From: Treponema sp.
GTDB taxonomy: Bacteria > Spirochaetota > Spirochaetia > Treponematales > Treponemataceae
Reading direction: 5' to 3'
NCBI GenBank assembly: GCA_045627285.1
Contig: JAZQNJ010000053.1
Coordinates: 39,190-103,189 of the forward strand
Length of the DNA: 64,000 nt
The first letter of the stretch is position 1, and every line of letters begins with the position of its first letter. The position numbers and the translations under genes are program-made. This document shows positions 31,001-39,615 of the stretch, one piece after another. The notes beneath the pieces were generated by a model. The model saw nothing but the letters and a program-made list of their open reading frames with translations, did no database searches and was not told where the DNA came from.

Positions 31001-34000
31001 AATGACCTTGCCTCCAAAACAGCAGGTCTTGTGCTTGAAAACGGTACAGACAGTTATACTCTTGGCGGAACATACAAAACATGGAGCTTTGTACTGGATA
31101 CACAGAAACTTGATGACAATACCGATTATGTGATTGTTGTTTCAGGTACAGATAAAGCCGGTAATACACCAGCAGCAGATTCTGTACTTACACACGAAAT
31201 CAAGGTTAATCAGGAAACAGATAAACCTGTTTCAACACTGACAAATGCAGAAATTCAGTATGGTGGTGAAGACCTTACTTCAATAGTTCAGCTCAATGGT
31301 AAGCAGATAAATATCTTTAAGCCTGGTGACAGATTGACAGGTTCTGTTTCTGATGATGATGGAATTAAGACTGTAAAAGTTACTGTTACAAATGAATCAG
31401 GTACACAAGTTGCATCATCAACTCCTGTATCGGGCGGCAACAAAACAACTTATACCGTAAACTATCAGCTTCCTTCAAATCTTCCAGAAGGCGGATATAT
31501 TGTTTCTATTGAAGTTGAAGATATTAAGGGAGAAACAACAAACAGCACAAGCTTCAATTCAGTTCCTGTAGCTGTAGATAACGGAGCACCTGTGCTTACT
31601 ATTTCTAATCCTGTTTCTTCACTTTACTATAATTCAAAAGTTGCAGTTGAAGGATCTGTAACTGACGGATGCGAAGTTAAACTTGCTGTATCAGGAACCC
31701 CATTCAGTTCTGAAAAATATTCTTCTGAAACTGTTGTTAGCGGAAGTTTTACAGATACAATTACAATCCCTGGTTCAGTTGCAGAAAGCGGGGAAGAATA
31801 CTCTGTAACATATACCGCTACTGACCGATGGGGACAGACAGCTTCTCAGACAGTTAAATTCAGCAAAGACTCAATAAGACCAGTTGTAAACGGAAGCAGC
31901 GATACAAAAGTTGGAAACGCAGTCTGGTCTGACGGTTCATGGTACAAATCAGGAACACTTCAGGTAACAATTCCATGGACAGAAAATGGTTCAGGTCTTG
32001 AAAAGGTTTATTACTGGGTAGGATATACAGGAAGAACGGACGATGTACCTGCTGATCTTTCAATAGATGGAAATAATGATGGAAGCACAACTGTTTCCGG
32101 TAAGGGTGATTCAATTAAGGTTGAAGTAACACCAACCAGCTTTAAGGAAGATGATTCTTCTGAAGCAGCACGCACGACAAATACACTTTATGTTCAGGCA
32201 AAAGATAAGGCTGGAAACTTAAGCGACATTAAGTCATATACAATTCATATTGACCAGACAGAACCATCATTTGAATCTGTATTCTATACTTATGATGGTG
32301 CAAGTTTCTTTGATGCTAATGGTTCTGTACTTACAAACCAGAAGCAGAATATCACAATTTACGGTGCAATTTCGGACCCTGCATCAGGTGTTGGAGAACT
32401 TTCTATAAAGGTTGGAGCAGTTTCCAAGTCAGCAGCAATCCAGTATACAACTGCTGCAAGCCTTTCAAACAGCGATGAATACAAGAACGCTTCATGGAAG
32501 GATTACAGTGCAATTGAAGACAAAACAAAAATTACAGGCTGGAAGCTTGTTCTGAAGGCAAATGACTGTACATCAGGGGACGTAAGAATTACACCTGTTG
32601 ACGTTGCAGGTAACGGTACAGCCCAGCGTGTATTTGCATTCAGCGTAGATACAGTTGCTCCATCTGCAGCAATCGGTGCAAGCCTTGTAACAACAGGTAT
32701 TAACGGAACACATGCAATCAGCGGTTCTGTAACAGAAACCGGAGAACCTGCTTCATTTAAACTGTATTATACAAATACAAATCCTTCATTATTAACTGCA
32801 GTTGCTCCTGATGCAGATGGCAGTATCTGGACACTTATGACTGCAAATTACGAGGCAGATGGACAGAATTACTCAACAGAGGAATTTACTTCCGCCCAGA
32901 GAATCTTTAACTGGTCAGGATACAGCCTCGACTTTACAGCAAAATCACAGGCTGCATCTAAAGCAAACGGACAGGACAACATTTATCTTCTTCCTGTCGT
33001 AACTGACAAGGCTGGTAACTGTAACATTTACACAGATACATATAATGCAGAAACAGGAACTGCTGTTCGTACTTACAACCTGTCAGGTGCATACAGGACT
33101 TACCTTGTTGACCTGGCAACAGACAGACCGCTTGTTAAGTTCAGCGATATTTCTGAAAATGGAAGCGGAAGTTACATCATTAAAAACTCTGTAGGTGCCG
33201 TAATTTCTGGGACAGTAACAGATGATGACGCAACATCAGCAGAGCAGGTTAAGACATTTATCGTAAGTTCTTCTGACGTAACTGATGCCACAGGATTTAC
33301 TGCAACTACAAACGGCAACATTGTTACATATAAAGCTAATACAGGTGTATCTTATACAGATGCCAAGAATGTTCAGAAAACTGGTTACGACATGACAACA
33401 TTCAACAAACTGGACGGTTCATGGACATTTACACCAGCTAATCCTCTTGATGGAACAAAAAATGTTTATGTTTACATTGAAGATAACAGTAATACGGTTT
33501 TCTATACAACAAAAACTTCCACAGGCTATACAATCCGCAATAACCCAAGATTCCAGGTTAAGACTGGCACTGTGGGTGCATTATCATCAGTAATCAGTTA
33601 CAGCTCTGATAATGAAGTCCCTGTTGTTGATTACATCAAATACTCATTCTCTAATGCACAGAACGGTACATACTATAACGAAGCCGGAACTGAAGGAGGA
33701 TATAGTGATGTATCACCAAGTGCATTCCTTGGTGGTGTTTCAAGAAGATTCGTTAAGTTCCAGATTCTTGCGAAAGATAACAACGGTATTGCAGACCTGA
33801 CCCTTAACGTAGCAGGTTTTGATGATGACATTACAGTAAGGAAAGATGAAGCTAATTCAACCGCTACATCTGCTGTTTACATTTCTGATCCAATTAGTCT
33901 TGAAGGAAAAGCAAGCGGACTTACAGAAGTGAGGGCTACTCCAATCGATAACTCAGGTCTTTCTCAGGGTAGTAAACTACAATTCTACACAGATAACGAA

Positions 34001-37000
34001 GTTAAACTGGATGGATTTAAAGTTACAACTTCTGCAATAGAAACATTTACTTCTGACGTTAAGATCAGCGGTGTTTCTACAGACGGTGGCTCTGGAGCCA
34101 AATACATCAGTTGGGCTGTACCATCCGGAAATGGTGCTAACCCGACATATATGTGGTCAGAAAAAAATGAAGCTGCTTCTGTCTGGAACTTTGAATACAA
34201 CGCTGCAGACGGTAATTCCCTTACAAATTACACCGGCGATGATTATGAAAAATACGGTGTAACTAAAAACGGTTATGTATATTCAATTCCAGTACATTTC
34301 CTGGTAGAAGATGAACTTGGAAACACAGGAATCTACAAAGACTACAGAATCAATTACAATCCAAATGCTAACTGGCCTACTGCAGAAGTTCTTACACCAC
34401 AGAATGATACAATCCTTGGTACAACAGCTGACTTTGCCGGATCAGCAAAAGACAACAACGAAATCAAGGCTTCTTACATCCAGTTTGACCTTGACGGTGA
34501 CGGAGACTTTGATGATTTGGATAAAAGTGCAATCGAAAATCTTAACAGCTCTATTACAGTTTACACTGCAGCTAATGCAGGTGATGGCGGTACCGGCTTA
34601 AGTACAACCGATGGTCCATATAAAGATGGTGATGACAGATCATCATGGTGGGGTATTAAAGTAAGCGGTACAACAAGCTGGAACGGACTTAACATCAAGC
34701 TTCCAACTTCTCCTACCGAAGGTGATGAAGTTGTAAACAAGACAAAATGGAAGGTTCGCGTATGTTCTGTAGATAACGAAAACATTGCAGGTCTCTGGTC
34801 AACTCCGGTAGCCTTCCGTGTAGACGATGCAGCACCAAAGATTGGTAACGAAATCAAGATTGTTACAAACTCAAATGGTTCTAAAGATTATACAGCTGAT
34901 ATGTATGTTTCACAGAATACAGGTAATAACTGGAAGCTTGTACTTGATTTGTGGGATGAAGATGCGGGTATTAATCTGGATGCAACAAACGTAACTGTGA
35001 GAGTGGGTAACAACCCGGCCCAGACTTTGAATAAAGCTATTGACGGAACAATGACAGATTCAAAGTGGGGTTATGAAGCAACAGGAAAAAGTGGAGGTAA
35101 CAACAACTACAAGATTTACATCCCGTTGAATACAAATGACGAAGGTACTGTAACTTATTCTGTAAAGACAACTGACAACTCAAAAGACAAGCTTACAACA
35201 TCTGCACAGTATTCATTTACCGTGGACAATACAGCTCCGGATGTAAGTCCTGTACAATTTGCATCAAAGGCTCTTCATATGAACATCCTGAGTAACTCAA
35301 ATTACTCAGCTGAAGTTTCGACAGAAGTCTCTGATGCAATTTCGGGATTTGCAAGCCTTAACTTGTTCTTTGAACGTGCAGGCAGCTACTTCGTTCCATT
35401 TGCAGGTGGCAGTACAGACAACTGGTCAACAGTAAGTGCATCGGGAAAATCTTACAGTCTGACAGACGGTATGCCAGGTCTTTCTGTAGCGGGTACAGGT
35501 TCTAAGGGGGAAAATACATATAAAATTTCTTCTTACAATGCAGAAACCCACAGTTACATCCGTGCCGGTGGAATCATTAAGATTGACGGTTCTTACTACA
35601 ATATTACCGGTGTTGCTGGTGGTGTAGTTACATTTGACGGCAAACTTGCTTCTGATGTAGAAACAGCCGTATTCCCTTATGTACTGACAGTAAACTATAC
35701 AACAACAAGTACAGAAAGCCGTGTGACTACAGGAACTACTTACAAAGTAACAGGTGATGATGGTGATGGACTTGTTGAAGGTGTAACAAAAGAAGGTTCA
35801 ACATGGACCTGTACAGCAGCAATTCTTTCTGATGCTATTTCGGACGGTACTGTAACACTTCATGCTGTTGCAATAGACCAGGCCGGTAACATTAGTACAG
35901 ATCTTCTGACTCCGACAATGATCTCAAATAATGCACCTCGTGTTGCAAGGGTTTACCTTGGTAACGACTTGAACGGGGATACATACTATTCTGCAGATGA
36001 AATGGAATGGTTCAGTGCTCTTGATGAAAACGGTAAGTCACAGGAATATGTAACTCTGGTAACTGACAGATTTGAAGTAAACAGCAAAATTCCAGAAAAT
36101 ACAAATGGAAAAGCTTCTGCAAAGGCATACTTTAAAGTAACAGGCGACATAGTAATCGTTCCTGAATTTGTAAACGGAGAAAGCGGTCATGGATCAGGTC
36201 AAGGCGACGTTATTTACGATGCCGTAATTGCTTCTGACGCTAAAGATCCAACCTGGAATACAAATAACCTCCACGGTTCTATAGCCGTAAACAGCAAAAT
36301 TGAATCTGGAATTAAGACAAAAGATGCAGCTGGAACTGATACAGATACAGGCTTAAGTACATTAAAAGCTGTAACCCTTACAGGTGCAAATATGAACAGT
36401 AAGTTCAACAAGGAAGACAAAAAAGCAACAATTGCCCTTTCTTTGTGGGATTCTGCTGAAGTATATACGCTTTCCGAAGGGGCATTCACTTCTACACCAG
36501 TCGCTGAAGGTACGGCTTCTGTTAAAGGGACAAATGCATACACAAGCTTCGGTTACCAGTGGACTCTTGTAAACATTCCAGTTTACTTTGATATTACTGA
36601 CGACGTAGCTCCTGCAGGTACAATTACACCGTTCTACTGGAATGAAGGTGCAGCAGCACCTGAAGCAACAGGTACAGCAGGTAACCGTACAACAGATGAC
36701 AACTCAATCGTTTATTACGAAACTGTAATAGGAACAGATTCAACAGTTGCTCCTGTAGGTCATATTGATCTTGGAAAACACAGAACAGGTAATATCCCTG
36801 CGGTTTCAGGTGTAATCAAGATTGAAGGTACTGCAAGTGATGACCAGCGAATGTCAAATGTAAATGTAGACTTTGGTTCTGGTTCTGCAACAGCTACATA
36901 TAATTCTACAAATGCAACATGGTCAACTTCAGGAACTCTGGCAGACAACGGCTATAACCTGACAATGAGAGAAAACTCCATTACCCAGGACGGCCATTCT

Positions 37001-39376
37001 GCTAAATGGACTCTCCTCCTGAATACAGCGATTGCAAGTGTAGGAAACGGAAATAAAATTGTAAAAGTAACAGTTACTCAGGCAAAAGAAGGATCATCAA
37101 AATCTAATACACCTGGTACTGTACAGACAACAGATAACGCAGAAACCGCATACCTTTCAATGGATGTCGTTCCTTATATTACTAAGGTGGAAAGAACAAA
37201 TACTACTGTTCACGGAAATATGAATAGGTCTTTCAATGGATGTTACCCTGTAGCTGAAGGTGAAACTCTTATTGTCAGTGGATTTAACTTTGGAAACGGT
37301 TCATGGAAGGTTGGTAACAATGCTGCAACATCATACTCTAATGCCGGCTCAACTATAACGGGGCCAGGCAGCTTTACAATGGTAGTTCCTGAAAAATCTG
37401 GAAACCTTTCTGTAACAAGTACAACAACTTCGCTGAATAACGAAAATAACGATGCTGATGGTTATAACACAGAAACATTTGAGATGGGTGGTACAAGTAC
37501 AGAGTTTACTGCAAAGGACGACAGATATCTTAGCGTATGGAACCTTGGAAACTACTTTAAGGACACTTTGAAGAGTCAGGGCAAAGAATTTGAAAAGCCT
37601 GTGATGACTGCATCTAAAGATGGTAAACTGTATGCATCCTGGGGTACTCCTTCAAATGGATCTATTACATTTAGTTATGGACTTTCGAATAATACAACAG
37701 CAATTTATAACTGTTATGACCAGCCATCTTCTTATACAAGCGTAGCTTTTGATCAGAAGAGTGATTCTGGAGCAGCTTCAGTTATGTACATTGGTGAAGC
37801 CCAGGGTGCCGGAGGTTCTTATTCAACAACAGGTTTATCAAGTGCGGCAATTGTAGGTGGTGCACTTTTAACTCAGATTAAAAAGGATGATATTGATAAC
37901 GAAACAACTTATTCAGGTAAAAAAGCTGTAGTTGCGGGAAATCCGACATTGATGCTTGATGGCGATAATACTTCCGGATTCTTTAACCTTGCTTCATATG
38001 ATGCAGAAAGACGACTCGGAATTTTTACAAATCCAAAGGCTGCTCGTTTTGGGGATTACCTCCATAATGTATGGTATGATTCTCTTAATGAATCGCTTAA
38101 GTATTCTGTTATTAATGTTGGAGAAAGCAACATTGTTACTAACTATTCTGGCAGAGGTGGTGCAGTAGCAATTAATGTTGTTATCGATGGTGGATGGACA
38201 AATCAGGATAGGGTACATTCATGGGTACCATATAATGCAGCTAATCATCAAAATTACAAAAACAATGTAATTGGTGCTGCAGATAAAAACCAAACTGGTG
38301 GTGGTCAGACTACAAATGGTGCTTTCTATGAAAATAATATTTTCCTTGGTAGTGCAACACATAAAAGCACAAGTCAGTCTGAGTGGATAACTGGTACTCC
38401 AACTAAAACTTCCCTTACTATGTCGACAAATGTTGGGTATAAAACTGCACCTGCAGTTGGAGATACAATTGCTCTTATGGACAATACTTTCAGTGGTTAT
38501 AAGATAGTATTAAGAACAATTACAGCAGTAAATGGAAGAACTATTACCTGGAATGAAGCAGTACCTGATGATCTTACTATTAAAGGGGCCACAATATATA
38601 AAGGTGCCCTTAATGTTGTTGATCGCGAAAATACATCTTCTTCTGCCGGTTTATCAGCTGACATTGATGTTACAAAAGGCGGGTGTCCTGTAATAGCATA
38701 TTATGATGCCACAAATTCAAAACTTAAGGTTGCAATTGCAAAATCATTACAACCGGATTATGCAGATGAATGGGAACGCTTTGATACAGGAATGACTTGT
38801 TCAGGTGAAGTAAATGTCAAAGTTGATGCAAATAATGGTGTTCATATTATGTACAATAACCAAGATGGTAAGATGTGTTATCTTTACATTAAATTGACAG
38901 AAACATCTGCAAACAATGTTTATTCACATAACAGGACTATAGGAAAAGAAGAAGTGGTAGATGATAATGGTTCACTTTCTTACGGTTCAATTTCTGTAAT
39001 TAAGAGTGGAACTAATTATATTCCTACCATGACTTATCTTAATAAAGCTAACACTGCTAACTCTATAAAATATGCATATAGAACTGCGGCTCCTGTTACT
39101 AATGGAGAGGTTTCAAAAAATCATTCAGCTGCATGGGATTATTTGATTGTTCCTTCTGTTGGTACAGGTCATTATGCTTTACCAGAAAATCCAATTTCTA
39201 TTGAATCAAACAACGACTGGACATCAGAAACAAGCAGTGTTCTTCAGCACAGGCTTGTAAACTTCTATGGCGGTGGAAAAAATGAAAAGGATACAGCTAC
39301 TCCTGTAACAGTAGATTCTGTAATAGCTTATAAAACTTCAAGTGCGTTCGAAACAGCTTACTTAAAGAAAGAATAA
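25097..39376 (+). CDS. Giant Ig-repeat surface lipoprotein 1 (~4759 aa), putative adhesin
   Basis: AGGAGG then ATG at 25097; lipobox MFSSC; many DxAGN / DxxxP repeats; EF-hand-like loops; propeller-like C-terminus. Confidence 0.85.
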   Translation: MTGKLRRVFFTGSVAVLGLAAMFSSCSNGVGLGESVDTKAPQISIEYPPVAAIIREQFVLAGKWDDDKGLKQISVSVINTEAKKDESPVWTGTATINSNKTWQVLLNQADASNSSEVPVYPLLDGKYQISVVAEDNAGNSSGEASRTFDIDNTAPVFIISNPGVVKSEHKTASAYGSIFTVEGTIADDHAISTMEVAVYDKNGQVVSHEVYDGQQVDSFVEEDISTAGGTSVTIAQYSDSNGRYSMIHPSDNGTEEYYCSVKLSDNARKYDNPFNESREAAVEKTDAVGNQTFDVYLYDSVFTTLMSSKKGKGLSATDLKNVLNGTKNDAEVLETLKAVVKDTTEEESRLCFTLNPEANPTYQINGLEYSFAPDSMIQSYSSGNPVSVSVSAGLDGTNIQPSAVKVWIKEFDSAPDSENEVRTAINALVADVSSKENNEFEFHQVTDSLSDEATKIQVDDGAKWILIYDYYENLPVGTNGQKTEESSVGTKTFSVTLPSGIVLNKHYIIAVTGADVEDVKFKHEKLYGFIGNEAGVPPTIAVTSPSNLDVVNSSAFAFTGNVSIKSKSLYVSELKATLTVTDEDAGSAIGSNNYYVAAIKYNNNTGEWAPDPDYPASSALKCKDGEWTFTPSLLPNYHAADSRIVAEEGSGKNYLYTVEIYAKSSSGHENTVSSNVHIDTTSPVIEIASILPSIEGFDSTGNVYVNESVTVKGNIEETNLKNVEMEVYADGVKVDSLCKDLGKVYSFTEVVDSNKIKDGAKIDVRIVAADIVDNKTVYSSQTDSVTYANLYVNQETDRPVITLNNSSNSSLFTADSSNINETNGNLFGVTTNNRLTATITDDDLIKKVLVYVYDANGALLAAEKTNDVYNVNPVTVAPDKASHNLTYLLPEDEGIYKIKIDALDYEKTAENDKPVGEASTGEFFIAVSNGAPSVYLDNVATYQTAEPVITGTVSSKAAVVSAKFIDEVTNRELSTQPAVITIEKDGQDPLKWKTVFDKALPNANYTILYTAKNDFGQTNTVKAAFTVDNKNPELVITQYGSTSEVVSAAKQFHINPENIYTVKGAVTDGLSGVEAVYFYLGDIPAGKEFPSSNNGWSVAALQSSQGYYTSSNTTDSKEVTNQRAWTASLTDVNNLAVQDGSAGYTLHIAAVDKAGNSSANVDYISIWPDSQNPVLSVVPEVENGLIIEKGNTKYASKNYKFKGTITENQINSLKIGGTDVTSSITDGAFTYIPSVTQDGTVSYNFVVTDKAGNSESKTVSVARDTTAPDVALSKPVAGGLIGSSDKIHGTVNDDGIGVDTDGVHYVIKKNNAVIAGGEGDAVITGNTWQINNLTINSEGTFTIELTGKDKLGNKKTYDAVTFYYDSAAPAVRESGESARTVNGQYTLSGTVVETNGLYSMTIKDSAAGSSDVTLSNTASGNGFRLKTGSTDTYEWTYTETSPVDGSHIYQISATDITQNSERASNIVTRTVNVDTALPEITNVINPDLVKLDDSKYVTLKVNSADIKKNDFSTGLAGVYYKVISRSSRAVVTAADLTEENGWYAMSQGISNWNATFDITKFGEEFSKDGTVYAGFAAVDQASNVSVSSTDAVIVIDEKRPAVTVYKETDCINVVSSITGYQTNAVDVTLYAVVFDTNISNTALTGTASNNANVTCTFVENVTGGKKFKVSFKASDDGTTELLLTAKDTNNRTSDTARAPVVCDKVAPVVTLDTPSTEGTTSSNTVKVMGTVLENNLSSVTVNLVDYNSPATVKFSATANPSQHEEYEESKRKYNWDALIPSVADGKYKIQVIASDTYNNVTTVTSDFGYVVDITKPVVENIATSASNVNIATAGQTFTVSADVTDATSGINSVRLLDNGTDMNIVPAKSGSKYTFTVPQEKLTTGSHSYTVSAVDKAGNTNTAVKSIQCDTTAPEIKVSGISPTVTDSSIVYVNGKITVSGNASDETELASAALSVKVFKKNDALTDANDLASKTAGLVLENGTDSYTLGGTYKTWSFVLDTQKLDDNTDYVIVVSGTDKAGNTPAADSVLTHEIKVNQETDKPVSTLTNAEIQYGGEDLTSIVQLNGKQINIFKPGDRLTGSVSDDDGIKTVKVTVTNESGTQVASSTPVSGGNKTTYTVNYQLPSNLPEGGYIVSIEVEDIKGETTNSTSFNSVPVAVDNGAPVLTISNPVSSLYYNSKVAVEGSVTDGCEVKLAVSGTPFSSEKYSSETVVSGSFTDTITIPGSVAESGEEYSVTYTATDRWGQTASQTVKFSKDSIRPVVNGSSDTKVGNAVWSDGSWYKSGTLQVTIPWTENGSGLEKVYYWVGYTGRTDDVPADLSIDGNNDGSTTVSGKGDSIKVEVTPTSFKEDDSSEAARTTNTLYVQAKDKAGNLSDIKSYTIHIDQTEPSFESVFYTYDGASFFDANGSVLTNQKQNITIYGAISDPASGVGELSIKVGAVSKSAAIQYTTAASLSNSDEYKNASWKDYSAIEDKTKITGWKLVLKANDCTSGDVRITPVDVAGNGTAQRVFAFSVDTVAPSAAIGASLVTTGINGTHAISGSVTETGEPASFKLYYTNTNPSLLTAVAPDADGSIWTLMTANYEADGQNYSTEEFTSAQRIFNWSGYSLDFTAKSQAASKANGQDNIYLLPVVTDKAGNCNIYTDTYNAETGTAVRTYNLSGAYRTYLVDLATDRPLVKFSDISENGSGSYIIKNSVGAVISGTVTDDDATSAEQVKTFIVSSSDVTDATGFTATTNGNIVTYKANTGVSYTDAKNVQKTGYDMTTFNKLDGSWTFTPANPLDGTKNVYVYIEDNSNTVFYTTKTSTGYTIRNNPRFQVKTGTVGALSSVISYSSDNEVPVVDYIKYSFSNAQNGTYYNEAGTEGGYSDVSPSAFLGGVSRRFVKFQILAKDNNGIADLTLNVAGFDDDITVRKDEANSTATSAVYISDPISLEGKASGLTEVRATPIDNSGLSQGSKLQFYTDNEVKLDGFKVTTSAIETFTSDVKISGVSTDGGSGAKYISWAVPSGNGANPTYMWSEKNEAASVWNFEYNAADGNSLTNYTGDDYEKYGVTKNGYVYSIPVHFLVEDELGNTGIYKDYRINYNPNANWPTAEVLTPQNDTILGTTADFAGSAKDNNEIKASYIQFDLDGDGDFDDLDKSAIENLNSSITVYTAANAGDGGTGLSTTDGPYKDGDDRSSWWGIKVSGTTSWNGLNIKLPTSPTEGDEVVNKTKWKVRVCSVDNENIAGLWSTPVAFRVDDAAPKIGNEIKIVTNSNGSKDYTADMYVSQNTGNNWKLVLDLWDEDAGINLDATNVTVRVGNNPAQTLNKAIDGTMTDSKWGYEATGKSGGNNNYKIYIPLNTNDEGTVTYSVKTTDNSKDKLTTSAQYSFTVDNTAPDVSPVQFASKALHMNILSNSNYSAEVSTEVSDAISGFASLNLFFERAGSYFVPFAGGSTDNWSTVSASGKSYSLTDGMPGLSVAGTGSKGENTYKISSYNAETHSYIRAGGIIKIDGSYYNITGVAGGVVTFDGKLASDVETAVFPYVLTVNYTTTSTESRVTTGTTYKVTGDDGDGLVEGVTKEGSTWTCTAAILSDAISDGTVTLHAVAIDQAGNISTDLLTPTMISNNAPRVARVYLGNDLNGDTYYSADEMEWFSALDENGKSQEYVTLVTDRFEVNSKIPENTNGKASAKAYFKVTGDIVIVPEFVNGESGHGSGQGDVIYDAVIASDAKDPTWNTNNLHGSIAVNSKIESGIKTKDAAGTDTDTGLSTLKAVTLTGANMNSKFNKEDKKATIALSLWDSAEVYTLSEGAFTSTPVAEGTASVKGTNAYTSFGYQWTLVNIPVYFDITDDVAPAGTITPFYWNEGAAAPEATGTAGNRTTDDNSIVYYETVIGTDSTVAPVGHIDLGKHRTGNIPAVSGVIKIEGTASDDQRMSNVNVDFGSGSATATYNSTNATWSTSGTLADNGYNLTMRENSITQDGHSAKWTLLLNTAIASVGNGNKIVKVTVTQAKEGSSKSNTPGTVQTTDNAETAYLSMDVVPYITKVERTNTTVHGNMNRSFNGCYPVAEGETLIVSGFNFGNGSWKVGNNAATSYSNAGSTITGPGSFTMVVPEKSGNLSVTSTTTSLNNENNDADGYNTETFEMGGTSTEFTAKDDRYLSVWNLGNYFKDTLKSQGKEFEKPVMTASKDGKLYASWGTPSNGSITFSYGLSNNTTAIYNCYDQPSSYTSVAFDQKSDSGAASVMYIGEAQGAGGSYSTTGLSSAAIVGGALLTQIKKDDIDNETTYSGKKAVVAGNPTLMLDGDNTSGFFNLASYDAERRLGIFTNPKAARFGDYLHNVWYDSLNESLKYSVINVGESNIVTNYSGRGGAVAINVVIDGGWTNQDRVHSWVPYNAANHQNYKNNVIGAADKNQTGGGQTTNGAFYENNIFLGSATHKSTSQSEWITGTPTKTSLTMSTNVGYKTAPAVGDTIALMDNTFSGYKIVLRTITAVNGRTITWNEAVPDDLTIKGATIYKGALNVVDRENTSSSAGLSADIDVTKGGCPVIAYYDATNSKLKVAIAKSLQPDYADEWERFDTGMTCSGEVNVKVDANNGVHIMYNNQDGKMCYLYIKLTETSANNVYSHNRTIGKEEVVDDNGSLSYGSISVIKSGTNYIPTMTYLNKANTANSIKYAYRTAAPVTNGEVSKNHSAAWDYLIVPSVGTGHYALPENPISIESNNDWTSETSSVLQHRLVNFYGGGKNEKDTATPVTVDSVIAYKTSSAFETAYLKKE

Positions 39377-39469
39377 GTTGTAACAAGTAACTCTCCCCAG
39401 TGATGGAGACCCGTAGTTGCCGGCTTGCCGGCAATGAACGGCAGCTAATGTCTGACGTAGTGTCCGGGG

Positions 39470-39612
39470 GGGGAGCTTAGGGATAGGAACGGTGTGCGGA
39501 GCGCAAACAAAAAAAGGGGCTGTCCATTCTTTTTGGACAGCCCCTTTTTTTGGTCGGAGCGGTAGCGGAGCCGTGGATAGCCCGACGGTTACGGAACGTA
39601 ACCGAAAGCCCC
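39470..39612 (+). repeat. Structured GC-rich dispersed element, copy D, carrying a terminator hairpin as its middle arm
   Basis: gggatagga-ACGG-tgtgcGGAgcgca-[terminator]-cgga-gcGGTAgc-ggag-CCGT-ggatagcccgac-ggttacgGAAcgtaacc. Confidence 0.8.
39508..39552. terminator. Bidirectional terminator between convergent genes
   Basis: caaaaaaaggggctgtcca / tggacagcccctttttttg, a perfect stem. Confidence 0.85.
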
Positions 39613-39615
39613 TTA

